Of a stretch of 64,000 bases of DNA, positions 1-9,460 are shown piece after piece. A program made the position numbers and the translations under genes. The notes beneath the pieces are model-generated. The model was given only the letters and a program-made list of their open reading frames with translations, searched no databases and had not been told where the DNA came from. The DNA is from a bacterium (GTDB taxonomy: Bacteria > Krumholzibacteriota > Krumholzibacteriia > LZORAL124-64-63), in the NCBI GenBank assembly GCA_016703265.1, contig JADJCK010000004.1:205520-269519 (forward strand), in the 5' to 3' direction. Position 1 is the first letter of the stretch, and each line of letters starts with the position of its first letter.

Positions 1-90
1 CGAGCTTCGCGTGCGGTGGCAATCCACGGAGCTGGCCCCGGCAGACAGCGTTTCCGAGTATTTCCGGTTCGACTAGGAACAACACTCGCG

Positions 91-426
91 ATGCGCGCAC
101 GACAGGAAAACATGCGACGTCTGCAGCCCTCGCACTTCACTTCCGCTCTGCCCCTGACTATAGGACGGAGCGAAGCCAACGATATCGTCATCGCTGATGA
201 TTCGATCAGCCGGGTCCATCTTATCGTATCCCGGCTCCGTAGCGGCCGAGTTCTGATCACCGATTGCCAGACGACCAATGGAACGCGCGTGATGGAAGCC
301 GGAAGCGAACGGTCGGTCCACCAGGCGGTGGTTGAAACCGCCACGCTGTTGCAGTGCGGACAGATCCGCTTCCGACTGACAGAGATTCTCTCCCGCTCCC
401 AATCGAAGACAGCCGGGGAGGCCTGA
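91..426 (+). CDS. FHA domain-containing protein (may extend upstream of window)
   Basis: ORF 16..426; first in-frame ATG at 91. FHA signature IGRSEANDIVIADDSISRVHLIVSR...VLITDCQTTNGTRV. Confidence 0.6.
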   Translation: MRARQENMRRLQPSHFTSALPLTIGRSEANDIVIADDSISRVHLIVSRLRSGRVLITDCQTTNGTRVMEAGSERSVHQAVVETATLLQCGQIRFRLTEILSRSQSKTAGEA

Positions 427-466
427 TCGCTTGTCTGTCCTGGCGAAAGGCAGTGGCGGAGAAGCC

Positions 467-1186
467 ATGGCCCTGCTGGTCGGCTGTCTGCTGGCCCTTG
501 CTGTGATGTTCGCCTGGGCCACTTGTCGACTTACGCGCACGCAGCCAAGAGTGCGGTTCATTGATTGCTGCCTTCCGGTCTACGGCAGCATCCTGCTTTG
601 TCGCACTGCTGGGATGGCATCCTGGTGGGGCTGGTTTGCTGTCTTGCCACCGTTGGCGTTCGTCTACGGGTACCGTGTCTGTGGGCGACTGGCCCGCGCC
701 CGCGGCTACAACTACCACTTTTTCGGTTGTCTTGGCGTACTGGGCATCGGGCTCATTGTCCTCGCGATACTCGAGCCCGGTGGAATCGGACATTTGCGCC
801 CGGCCCCCGCCGCCGCCACGGTGCGGTTCGCGGGAAGCCGCCAGGAGCTCGTGGACGCGCCAGGTCTGATCTGCCTTGGTGGGGAATACGAAGGAGGGAT
901 CGTCCCCCTCGACTCACCCGTGGTCGTCGGTAGAGATCCCCGCGCCTGCAATCTCGTGCTACGCTCGGACGCGCTGTCCAGAACCCACCTTCGAGTGGAG
1001 GTTGATGCGCACGGGCAGGTCTTGGTGACGGATCTCGGCTCGCTTTGCGGAAGCCGCCTGCGGCGATCCCGATCCGAAAGTGACATCAGGCTGGAGGCCT
1101 TTCAGAGTCATGTCCTACAGGTGGGAGACTTCGTTTCGTTGGCTGACGGGGCCCAGGTCTTTCGGCTGGTGAACTGTAGTGAGTGA
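467..1186 (+). CDS. membrane protein with C-terminal FHA domain
   Basis: ORF 431..1186; ATG at 467. Four N-terminal hydrophobic segments, then FHA motif (VVVGRDPRACNLVLRSDALSRTHLRVEVDAHGQVLVTDLGSLCGSRL). Confidence 0.65.
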   Translation: MALLVGCLLALAVMFAWATCRLTRTQPRVRFIDCCLPVYGSILLCRTAGMASWWGWFAVLPPLAFVYGYRVCGRLARARGYNYHFFGCLGVLGIGLIVLAILEPGGIGHLRPAPAAATVRFAGSRQELVDAPGLICLGGEYEGGIVPLDSPVVVGRDPRACNLVLRSDALSRTHLRVEVDAHGQVLVTDLGSLCGSRLRRSRSESDIRLEAFQSHVLQVGDFVSLADGAQVFRLVNCSE

Positions 1187-1234
1187 TCATACGGATTCTG
1201 GCGACCGACCGATGGGCGATAGGAGTGTCTGCAC

Positions 1235-1844
1235 ATGATGACCAAATGTCCCAACGGGCATTTCTACGATCCAGCCCGGGAACGCGCGTGCCCCGGCTGT
1301 GCCGCCGTCACTCGCGGCGAGGTCGACACACGCCCCCCTCAATCGCCAGGTGCCGCAGACGCGCGCTTTGCGCGACCCGCAGTCCGGCCTCGTCCCCGAT
1401 TCGGTACCTGAAGCGCGCCACACCGACGCCCAGCACACACCTGCCGGCGCCACCGATCATGCGCGCGAGACCATCGCCTGGTCCCCTGATCGTACGGCAC
1501 ACGGGACTGATCCTGTTGTCGGCTGGCTTGTGTGCGTTGACGGTCCTGAACGCGGACGCGACTTTCGCCTTCACGCGGAGCGCAACTTCAGTGGTCGCGC
1601 AGCGAAAATGGACGTGTGCCTGGCCGCCGATGAGGCGATCTCGCGCAATGCACACCTCATCGTCACTTTTGACCCGCGAACCGCCGCCTTCGCGGTAGTT
1701 CCTGGCGAAGTGCGGGGTATGGTCTACATCAATGGTTCGCCGCTGGCGACCGTTGTCGCCCTTGCAGACCGTGACATCATCGAGTTGGGCAATACGAAGT
1801 TGCTCTTCGTGGCCTTATGCACGGGCGGCTTCACATGGGCGTGA
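1235..1844 (+). CDS. zinc-ribbon + FHA domain protein, frameshifted as assembled
   Basis: ATG at 1235 opens a 58-aa frame (MMTKCPNGHFYDPARERACPGCA..., zinc-ribbon-like) that stops at 1409-1411. The FHA domain (VVGWLVCVDGPERGRDFRLHAE...NAHLIVTF...GMVYINGSPL) lies in a different frame (ORF 1299..1844, GTG start inside the first frame). Same zinc-ribbon + FHA architecture as the ABC protein at 12063..14804. Confidence 0.5.
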
Positions 1845-1932
1845 AAGTCGCGATCTATCGTTCATTTCCTGTATGGCAGGCCGCCCGGATGGCCGCACTC
1901 CGGACCAGTCGTCTACGGAGGTCTTTCCTCAC

Positions 1933-3585
1933 ATGAACCGATTTGATCATCTCGATGAGCTGTGTTCCTGGTGCATGCGCCCGCGCACGGGACCCAGCGG
2001 CATGTGCGCATTCTGTCCGCCAACGCCGCCAACCCAAGACCAGCACCACATGAAAATGCCGACCGGTGTACTCATCGCCGACCAGTATGTAGTCGGCCGT
2101 GTTCTTGGCAAAGGCGGCTTCGGCATTACCTATCTTGGCGCCGACATCAACCTCGGCAACCGCGTCGCCATCAAGGAGTACTTCCCCACGGACCTTGCCG
2201 TCCGGGCCGAAGACCGATTGACGGTGCAGGTGATGTCGCCGACGTGTCGGGATACATACGACTATGGCTTGGAGCAGTTTGCCAGCGAGGCCCGGCGCTT
2301 GGCGAAGTACCAGCGTGTACGCGAGATCGTCACGGTGATCAACTATGTTCGAGAAAACAACACCGGCTATCTGGTAATGGAGTACCTCGACGGACGCACT
2401 CTTGGCGAGTACCTGGCCACTACGGGAGGTGCATTGACCCCGCCTGTGGCCCTGCGGCTGCTCGCGGGAGTTCTCAACGGATTGGAGGCCATGCACGCGG
2501 AGCAGATGCTCCATCGCGACATAAGCCCGGACAACATCTTCATGACCGACGCTGGGGATGTCAAACTCATCGACCTCGGCGCGGCGCGACTTGCTGTGGG
2601 GGGACGGACCCAGAATCTGTCGGTCATCCTCAAGCACGGCTATGCACCGCCTGAGCAATACCACCAGAACGGCCATCAGGGACCATGGACGGACATCTAT
2701 GCGTTCGGCATCACGCTGTATCGGTGCATCACCGGCCAGAACGCACCAGATGCCCTTGATCGGCGTGAATCGGACCGCCTCGACTGGTCGCTCCTGAGTC
2801 GTAGCGGCACCGACCGCGGATTGGTGCGGGCGCTGCAGAAAGCCACCTCGATCGACCCGAAGCAGCGGTACCAGTCGATACGCGAACTCCGGTCCGCACT
2901 CTATCGCAACCCGACGCCAACCGAAGAGCCTGTGCCGGGCCCCACGGTCCTTGCGGAACCGGCTCGAAGGACCACGAAGTTCCCGTGGATCGCAGTAGCG
3001 GCCTGCTGTGTCTTGGCCATTGCCTTGGCTGTGGTTTCGGTAACCGCATATTCTGCGCGTCGGGACCAGCAAACGAAGGAGAAGGAGAGCGCAGACAGGA
3101 TCGCGGCCTTGACCGCGGCCAACGCGGATCTGCGTTGGGTCGCCGAATGCGGAGTCAAGGACACTCACTACTACCGGGAGAACCTCCTGGGCAAGACCTG
3201 GTGGGACTTGGGTGCCCCGCTCCAGTTAGCCAAGTTCCTGGTTAGTCCCACCGCCCCCGTGGAAGACACCCACACCGGCACAAGCCTCAGTGACTCGCTC
3301 CGTGTTCGCGTCGGTGGTCGCAGATCTCCGGGCTTTGGGCATTTGTCCGGCGCCTGGGATCTGCTGTTTCTCCGGCTCGCCCAGCACTCGAACGACCGCG
3401 GCGCGGCCCTGGACAGCTTCGTAGTACCGGTCGAGTTCGGGAACGTGACGAACGAGTTCGACCGGACCTTCGGGCCATACCCTGCCAAGCCCGGACGCTG
3501 GAGTGTGACTCTGCGCTTCACGCCCGCGCACGGCGGTCCCTTGATGTATGTCGACCAGGCGGCCGCAGCAGTGGAGCGGCGTTGA
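1933..3585 (+). CDS. Hanks-type Ser/Thr protein kinase with N-terminal zinc ribbon, one TM helix and C-terminal extracytoplasmic domain
   Basis: ORF 1732..3585; in-frame ATG at 1933 (MNRFDHLDELCSWCMRPRTGPSGMCAFC = Cx2Cx10Cx2C). Kinase motifs GKGGFGITY, AIK, HRDISPDNIF, DLGAA, APE. TM helix FPWIAVAACCVLAIALAVVSV. Confidence 0.85.
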   Translation: MNRFDHLDELCSWCMRPRTGPSGMCAFCPPTPPTQDQHHMKMPTGVLIADQYVVGRVLGKGGFGITYLGADINLGNRVAIKEYFPTDLAVRAEDRLTVQVMSPTCRDTYDYGLEQFASEARRLAKYQRVREIVTVINYVRENNTGYLVMEYLDGRTLGEYLATTGGALTPPVALRLLAGVLNGLEAMHAEQMLHRDISPDNIFMTDAGDVKLIDLGAARLAVGGRTQNLSVILKHGYAPPEQYHQNGHQGPWTDIYAFGITLYRCITGQNAPDALDRRESDRLDWSLLSRSGTDRGLVRALQKATSIDPKQRYQSIRELRSALYRNPTPTEEPVPGPTVLAEPARRTTKFPWIAVAACCVLAIALAVVSVTAYSARRDQQTKEKESADRIAALTAANADLRWVAECGVKDTHYYRENLLGKTWWDLGAPLQLAKFLVSPTAPVEDTHTGTSLSDSLRVRVGGRRSPGFGHLSGAWDLLFLRLAQHSNDRGAALDSFVVPVEFGNVTNEFDRTFGPYPAKPGRWSVTLRFTPAHGGPLMYVDQAAAAVERR

Positions 3586-5974
3586 CGTGACCCCCCGCTC
3601 GAAGCGCCAGGTGGAACAACCGCCTCCACTGCGCCAATGGGACCTCGTCCCCGGCAGCACAGAGCGAATTGGTCCCTTGCGCATCTGTTCTTCGCAGCAC
3701 ATCGGAGGCCGCGAAAGCCAGCAGGATCGGCTCGCCGCGACGGCGCGGATCGGCGATTCTGATGAGCTGGTCACCGTTGTCGCCGGCGTTGCCGACGGAA
3801 TGGGTGGCACGCCTGGTGGCGATCGCGCTGCAGAACAGGCCCTCGCCGCGGCGATGTCCGATGCCATGGAGCTCCCGGAGGAGGCAGCTCCCCCTGCGAC
3901 GCTTCTCAACGCGATCGCTTCGGCACAGCATGCAGTCAAAGCTCTTGGAGAGAGTGAATCCAGTCTTTCCGGAGCCGGGACCACGCTGGCACTGGTCATG
4001 GTTACTGACGGTGACCTGTACTGGGCATCTGTGGGTGACACCTCTGTCTATGTTCTGCGCAATGGCGAACTACTGCGCGCGACGGAGCCGCACCGGGCCG
4101 CGTGGCTGGCGTCGCTCAGTCCGACTGTCGTTGGCCGGGAAAGTCTGCCCGGAAATATCCTCCACAGCTATCTGGGGTCCGACGAGCCTCTTGTTATTGA
4201 CCGCAACCTGTGGCCGTTTCGACTCGCCCATGGAGATCGAGTCCTGTTGGCTACAGACGGTGTCAGCGACACCCTTGCGCGCGCTGACATCGCCAGGTTG
4301 CTGGGCGACTCCGGAGGCGACCCGGCCGACCGGATCGTAGCGGCGGCAGCGGCTCGTGGCGGCGACAGTCAGGACAACGCGACCGCGCTGTGTCTCGATA
4401 ATATGCCACTTACGCGCGGTATATCCCCCCGCAGGCGCATTTTCTGGAGCATTGTCGCCGGGACGGCCGTATTGCTGCTATTCGCACTTGCCATGGCGCT
4501 CTTCCTGCGGTTGACCCACCGCCCGTCTCTCGACCTCGGATCCGCGGTGCCGCGGAATCCAAATGTCGTTTGGGCCTCGGTTTGCCTACTGCGGCGCAAC
4601 TTACCGACTCGCCACCACCGTCGCTTCCTTGCCGCCATTCTGGCACTCGTCTTCTGTTTCGGCCTGCCGGCATCGGCTACCGCGAACGCCGTTGACGAGC
4701 GGACCTTCGCCTCTACCTATCGCATCGTCACCCGCGTTCGGAACGGCAAGGATATCAGGACAGTGACCGGATCCGGATTTGCCATCAACAGCGATGGTTA
4801 TATCGTCACCAACTGGCACGTTGTACCAGGCCAGGATGTTCTGGACATACGAGTGTACTCTCGCGGGGACGAAGCACGTATGCGGGCTGCGCTCGCCGAA
4901 TACCGCCGTACCTCCGACTTCGATGGCGAGTTTGCAAGGACGAAGGACGTCACGAAGCTGCGAGACGACGTAATCGGACCGGCCCTGCTGGCCATTACGG
5001 AAGAGGCTGCAGACGCCAGATTGGTCTGGTTCGATCGAAGTCTGGATCTGGCCCTGTTGCAGTGCTCTGGTGCGAACGATCACGCATACCTCAAACTGGC
5101 GTCACTGAAGGACGTCCGGCCCAATGACGACGTGGTTGTTGTCGGCTATCCGTCCGGCGCCGAACTGGGCAGTCCGGAGGCCATGATCACGGCCAAGGCA
5201 GATGGCGGACATGCACGCGCCACTGAAGACAGCTTGGTGCGTGACGGCTACGCGTACCAAGCCCTGCATTTCGATGCACAGCTCAGCGACGGCAGCAGCG
5301 GCAGCCCCATTCTCAATGGTTGCGGAGCAGTGGTCGCAGTCGCCTCCTATATCATCATCGCCGCACCCGGCGCCGCGTCCAGTTACGGAGTTTCGGCGGA
5401 TCACGTCATCGAAGCTTGCCGAAAGGCCGGCGTACCCTGCGAAGTTGCCGGGCCATGTGACGATCGTGCTGCGCGGTCAAGGGCAACGTGGCTGATAGTG
5501 GCCGGAGTTGTGGCTTCTCTCGCCTTGTCATTAGCCACTCTGCGCCGTCAGCGGCGCGATGGTCGCACGAACGCCGTGGCGGTTCGCGACAGCTACACGA
5601 GCCTCACGAAACGGATTGTGAAACCACATTCCGGCCTAGCGCTGGTCGGCTGCGATCAAGACGGCACCCGCTTGTTTGCGGCCGCGCTTGAGCACCCCCG
5701 AATCGACATCGGGAGCGATACCATCGTCGCCAATCTCGTGGTACAAAGTCACGCGCGCGACATCGATGGTTTGCATTGCGTGATCCACTGGGCGGAGGGC
5801 GACACGACCATTGAGGTCGAGGATTGGTGGAGCCGTACCGGGACCTTCGACCCCAAGGGTAATCGGCTCGAACCGGGTGCACGATGCCGCGTCGGCCGCG
5901 GCGAGTCGTTCAGGATCGCGCGCGTCAGCATTGCATTGGTGTCGGCAGCCGAGGGTGCGGCGGATCGGAACTGA
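3548..5974 (+). CDS. PP2C-type phosphatase / TM / trypsin-like serine protease / TM / FHA-like domain fusion protein
   Basis: 808-aa ORF. N-terminal PPM motifs (GGRESQQDR, VADGMGG, ATDGVSD). TM helices. S1 protease triad context (TNWHVV, DLALLQ, GSSGSPIL). Second TM. C-terminal FHA-like fold (IDIGSDTIVANLVVQSHARDIDGLHCVIHWAEGDTTIEV). Start could instead be GTG at 3587 just after the kinase stop. Confidence 0.8.
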   Translation: MSTRRPQQWSGVDVTPRSKRQVEQPPPLRQWDLVPGSTERIGPLRICSSQHIGGRESQQDRLAATARIGDSDELVTVVAGVADGMGGTPGGDRAAEQALAAAMSDAMELPEEAAPPATLLNAIASAQHAVKALGESESSLSGAGTTLALVMVTDGDLYWASVGDTSVYVLRNGELLRATEPHRAAWLASLSPTVVGRESLPGNILHSYLGSDEPLVIDRNLWPFRLAHGDRVLLATDGVSDTLARADIARLLGDSGGDPADRIVAAAAARGGDSQDNATALCLDNMPLTRGISPRRRIFWSIVAGTAVLLLFALAMALFLRLTHRPSLDLGSAVPRNPNVVWASVCLLRRNLPTRHHRRFLAAILALVFCFGLPASATANAVDERTFASTYRIVTRVRNGKDIRTVTGSGFAINSDGYIVTNWHVVPGQDVLDIRVYSRGDEARMRAALAEYRRTSDFDGEFARTKDVTKLRDDVIGPALLAITEEAADARLVWFDRSLDLALLQCSGANDHAYLKLASLKDVRPNDDVVVVGYPSGAELGSPEAMITAKADGGHARATEDSLVRDGYAYQALHFDAQLSDGSSGSPILNGCGAVVAVASYIIIAAPGAASSYGVSADHVIEACRKAGVPCEVAGPCDDRAARSRATWLIVAGVVASLALSLATLRRQRRDGRTNAVAVRDSYTSLTKRIVKPHSGLALVGCDQDGTRLFAAALEHPRIDIGSDTIVANLVVQSHARDIDGLHCVIHWAEGDTTIEVEDWWSRTGTFDPKGNRLEPGARCRVGRGESFRIARVSIALVSAAEGAADRN

Positions 5975-6021
5975 GCCCTTCCCCCAATGCAGCGGCTCGC
6001 GCGGCGAAACGGAGACGACTC

Positions 6022-6770
6022 TCTTGGAGCTCACCTGTCACTTTGCCAGCGGCCAAACCGCGGGTGACCGCCCGACGATGGAGGATCGCTGCGCTTCAGC
6101 GGGCGACGAATACGGTCAGATCTGGGTGGTTGCCGACGGCCTGGGCGGCCATTCCGGAGGCGCCAGGGCTGCGGAGTTCGTGTGCGGTCGGATCATCAGT
6201 CTCTGGCGAGCGGCAGACGCCGGCGGGCGTGGCGATCTGCCGACACTCGTATCTGCAACCGCGTCGGAGCTGGCGGGCGCAAACGCTTCGCTTCACCGAA
6301 CCGAACGCGGATACAGCACCTGCGTGGTGGCGACATGGGAGGCCGCCAGCGGCCTGATCAGAGTATGCGGAGTCGGCGATACGCGCTGTTACCACGTCAC
6401 AGACGGCGCGATTGAGCTCTGCACGCGCGACGATACAGTCGCTTTCCGCTTTGCCCACGAGATCGGCACGGAACCGGGCGTGCGCGCGCACCCGGACAGG
6501 AACTCGCTGCTGCGCGCGATGGGCTCAGAGATGACCGGAGAGCCGCCGAAGATGCAGATTCTGCAACTTGATGATCGCCGCCAGGGTCTCTTGATCTGCA
6601 CTGATGGCATCTGGGAACATGTGCTGGACGGTGAGATCGCGCTGGATCTTCTCAAGTCGCCCGAAGCTTCCGATTGGGTCGCTTTTCTCCTGCGTCGGGC
6701 CGCAAATGCGGGCGCCAACGACCGTGACAACGCCACGGCCGTTGGCATCATTTGGGCTCCGTTGACCTAG
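6022..6770 (+). CDS. PP2C-family Ser/Thr phosphatase
   Basis: ORF 5811..6770. PPM motifs GDRPTMEDR, VVADGLGGHSGG, CTDGIWE. Start set at TTG 6022, after the upstream stop at 5974; ATG at 6079 would cut into the first motif. Confidence 0.75.
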
Positions 6771-6821
6771 AGGGTCTTCGCTGGCGTAGCCCTGATCCGG
6801 GCTCGCCACGAGCTGTCCGCA

Positions 6822-7253
6822 CTAACTGCCCTGTTTGCCGTCACCCTCGAACTCCAGGGTGAAATCGGCGGCACCCGTGGCGATCGTGATCCCCTCCAGC
6901 AGCACGATTTCGCCACCTCGCGCCTCAACGGTTTGCCATTGGGAGTCCTCAGCACCGACAGGCTTGCGAGCCTGGTCGAGCCAGTTGAACCGGTACCGAA
7001 GCGTCAGCAACTGGGACGACGCATTCCTCACCCGCACCGATGCTCGCATGCGGCCCGCCTCGCGACTCCAGTCGCTCTTGACCACCACGATATCCTGGGT
7101 TGCGAGCGTGGCATCAGCAGTCAACTTGTAGGATTCATAGCGGAACTGCTGTCGAGGGGCGCTCGCACAAGCTGTGAGAACGCTCAGCGCGAGCCCTGTC
7201 ACGACCATGATCGCCGAACGGTAAAACCGGTTCGCTGTTTCAGAATTTCGCAT
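6822..7253 (-). CDS. lipoprotein, possibly YcfL/DUF1425-like
   Basis: Signal peptide with lipobox LSVLTAC. 143 aa, beta-rich. Confidence 0.55.
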   Translation of the reverse strand: MRNSETANRFYRSAIMVVTGLALSVLTACASAPRQQFRYESYKLTADATLATQDIVVVKSDWSREAGRMRASVRVRNASSQLLTLRYRFNWLDQARKPVGAEDSQWQTVEARGGEIVLLEGITIATGAADFTLEFEGDGKQGS

Positions 7254-7262
7254 GTCCTCTTC

Positions 7263-8555
7263 CTATCTGTAGTCAGACACTAGCTTGTCAACCAGGCTCT
7301 TCGTCAGATCAGCATAGCGGCCAGGCCGCGCATCCATGCCGGCGCCCAAACTCAGTTTCATCGGATCGCGGGATCGCTGAATCGCTTTCGAGACAGGCTC
7401 GACGTCGGTATAAAGGACCGCCCCATTCGCATCGACCACCTCAAAACTGCCCTGAACGCTCAGGATGAGTTCGCCTTTGGGGCCTTCCCGCTCCGGAAGC
7501 ATCACCAACCGCAGGTTCACCAGCGCATCGGCAACAACATCAGCGCTTTGATCAGCCCAGCCGTCGATCGCAAAATTGCCTCGCTCCAGCGTCGCCCGGT
7601 GTTCCTGGTGCCTGCGGAGGCCGCTCTCGGCCGGCAGCACGGCCCACGACCTGCGTGAAACCAGCGCCCGCTCGAGGACCTGCCCGGCAGTTTCCACGGG
7701 CAGATTCGCCATTCCTTGATTAGTTCGGTCCTCGACCGTCACCTCACCGATCTGGAGCACGCGTCCCGACAGGAGCGGATCGCGCGCTGAGCTGGCCACG
7801 AAAAGGACATCGCCGACCTTCACCGGCTGGTTTGCCGAAGTCACCTTCACGAAATTGCCTTCGGCACCGACCGAGATCACCCGCGCACCCCCGATCCGCT
7901 CCTGGAAGCGGCCGAGTGTACGGCCGTCCAATCCACGGACTTCGTCGCCGGCGCGCCTGATCTCGAACACCACGCCCGGTCCAACGGCGCCATGATCGAG
8001 TGCAAACTCGGCAGTGGTTCCGTCCAGGGCGCGGATCGAGCCGCTTGCCTGAGCGGGCTCGAATGCAGTCGCAAGGCTGCACGCGGCAGCATGGAGCGCG
8101 TCGCGGGTGGTGCTGGCGAAACGTCCCGCACGCCCGGCGGTCCAGTACCGCGGGTTGGGAACATCGCTGAACGTGTAGTCCTTTCTATACGGATAGGACC
8201 TGCAGAACTGCACCAATCCCGTCCGACAATCGACGATCTCCAACTCGGGCTCCAAGGTGAAGAAGCAGTGGGACTCGCCCTCCGGACCCTTCACCTCTTC
8301 GAGCGTGGCCCGCGCGATACGTACGTTCACAAACAGGTCGGGACGTTCCCGGTTTCCCAGCATCACGTCCGTTGCAACATCGCTGGTGGAGGCTGTCTCA
8401 GCTTGCTGGCGAACCAGGTTGCCGGCCGGAGGCAAGACAGCCAGGTCGGTGTTGCGCAGTAGATAGCTATGAATCCACTCCTGGACGTGTTCGGCGGTGA
8501 CCGTGAACTTGGGATTGCCCAGGAGCGCTTTGGGCAGTTCCGGTCGCGTGACCAT
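7263..8555 (-). CDS. hypothetical protein, operon with flanking lipoprotein genes
   Basis: ORF 7263..8891; start set at ATG 8555 (MVTRPELPKALL...) with GGAAG Shine-Dalgarno upstream. The longer ORF N-terminus overlaps the upstream gene and looks non-coding. Repeated VxVGDxLxV beta-motifs. Confidence 0.45.
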   Translation of the reverse strand: MVTRPELPKALLGNPKFTVTAEHVQEWIHSYLLRNTDLAVLPPAGNLVRQQAETASTSDVATDVMLGNRERPDLFVNVRIARATLEEVKGPEGESHCFFTLEPELEIVDCRTGLVQFCRSYPYRKDYTFSDVPNPRYWTAGRAGRFASTTRDALHAAACSLATAFEPAQASGSIRALDGTTAEFALDHGAVGPGVVFEIRRAGDEVRGLDGRTLGRFQERIGGARVISVGAEGNFVKVTSANQPVKVGDVLFVASSARDPLLSGRVLQIGEVTVEDRTNQGMANLPVETAGQVLERALVSRRSWAVLPAESGLRRHQEHRATLERGNFAIDGWADQSADVVADALVNLRLVMLPEREGPKGELILSVQGSFEVVDANGAVLYTDVEPVSKAIQRSRDPMKLSLGAGMDARPGRYADLTKSLVDKLVSDYR

Positions 8556-9402
8556 CAACGTTGCGCTTCCGGCGCGGACGGTGCGCTTTCTCAAGCTGAA
8601 CCGCGACACCTGTGTACCCCTGGAGGGAGGGATCGCCGCGCGTCGTTCTCGCCAAGCAGAAGCCACTCTGTGCCGAACTGACACACAGCACGCAGTCCTC
8701 ATTGCGGAACATCTGACCCGCGGCGACACCATCGCGAGTGCCGCGGTCAAGAACCACTGAGTCACCGTGCCGCCCCAGGACATTGGCCTGCACACAACCG
8801 GGTGCGTAGTTCGCGGCGATGGTGGCCAACGGACCACCCAGAGTCGTGTCCACTTGCGCTGCGATAGCCGCATCGATGAGCCCGGAAACATCGAAGTCGG
8901 TGCTTTTCGCCTGCACCGGTAGCGTTGTCTCCGCGGTTAGCGACTCGGCGAAACAGACTTCTCCGGTAACGAGATCAAGGAACTCCACCGCACTGCTGGT
9001 CGTCAGAACGTAAGACTTGTTGAGCCGTCCGAGCGTCCACAGGTCGCAGCTCATCCGGGAGAGGTTGCCTCTGATCCAGATCCTGTCGAACGGCGCATCC
9101 ATGCGCACGTTGGTCGGAGATACGCCGGTCGGGACCACCACCGCACTGCCGAGATTCGCCTGCGCGCGTGACGCCATGCGGTCGAAGCAGAACCGCTCCA
9201 GATTACCGCTGTGGCCCACTGCCGACGGGTCGAATGCGTACATGCTGTCGGGACACACCAACTGGAACGGTACGACGACGTCGTACTGGAACGAGTCGCG
9301 ACAGCTCTCGTCCTGAGCCGCAGCATTGGACGCCGCTAGAAGCCACGGCATCAGCACCACAATGGCGAACACACGCAACGCGGCAATATCCATGATGGGC
9401 AT
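8467..9402 (-). CDS. secreted hypothetical protein
   Basis: ORF 8467..9627; signal peptide begins at ATG 9402 (MPIMDIAALRVFAIVVLMPWLLAASNAAAQ). The C-terminal 88 nt overlap the next gene, so a frameshift or earlier stop is possible. Confidence 0.5.
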   Translation of the reverse strand: MPIMDIAALRVFAIVVLMPWLLAASNAAAQDESCRDSFQYDVVVPFQLVCPDSMYAFDPSAVGHSGNLERFCFDRMASRAQANLGSAVVVPTGVSPTNVRMDAPFDRIWIRGNLSRMSCDLWTLGRLNKSYVLTTSSAVEFLDLVTGEVCFAESLTAETTLPVQAKSTDFDVSGLIDAAIAAQVDTTLGGPLATIAANYAPGCVQANVLGRHGDSVVLDRGTRDGVAAGQMFRNEDCVLCVSSAQSGFCLARTTRGDPSLQGYTGVAVQLEKAHRPRRKRNVDGHATGTAQSAPGQSQVHGHRRTRPGVDS

Positions 9403-9460
9403 GACGCCTCTCCTGTTGCGCGACATCCGCGCTCTCGACAAAGATACAGATTTTCGCATG

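Noticed and set aside
1855-3168. 437-aa ORF antisense to the Ser/Thr kinase gene
   Set aside because: No recognisable motifs and an Arg-rich translation typical of GC-rich antisense frames. The kinase on the + strand has full catalytic motifs.
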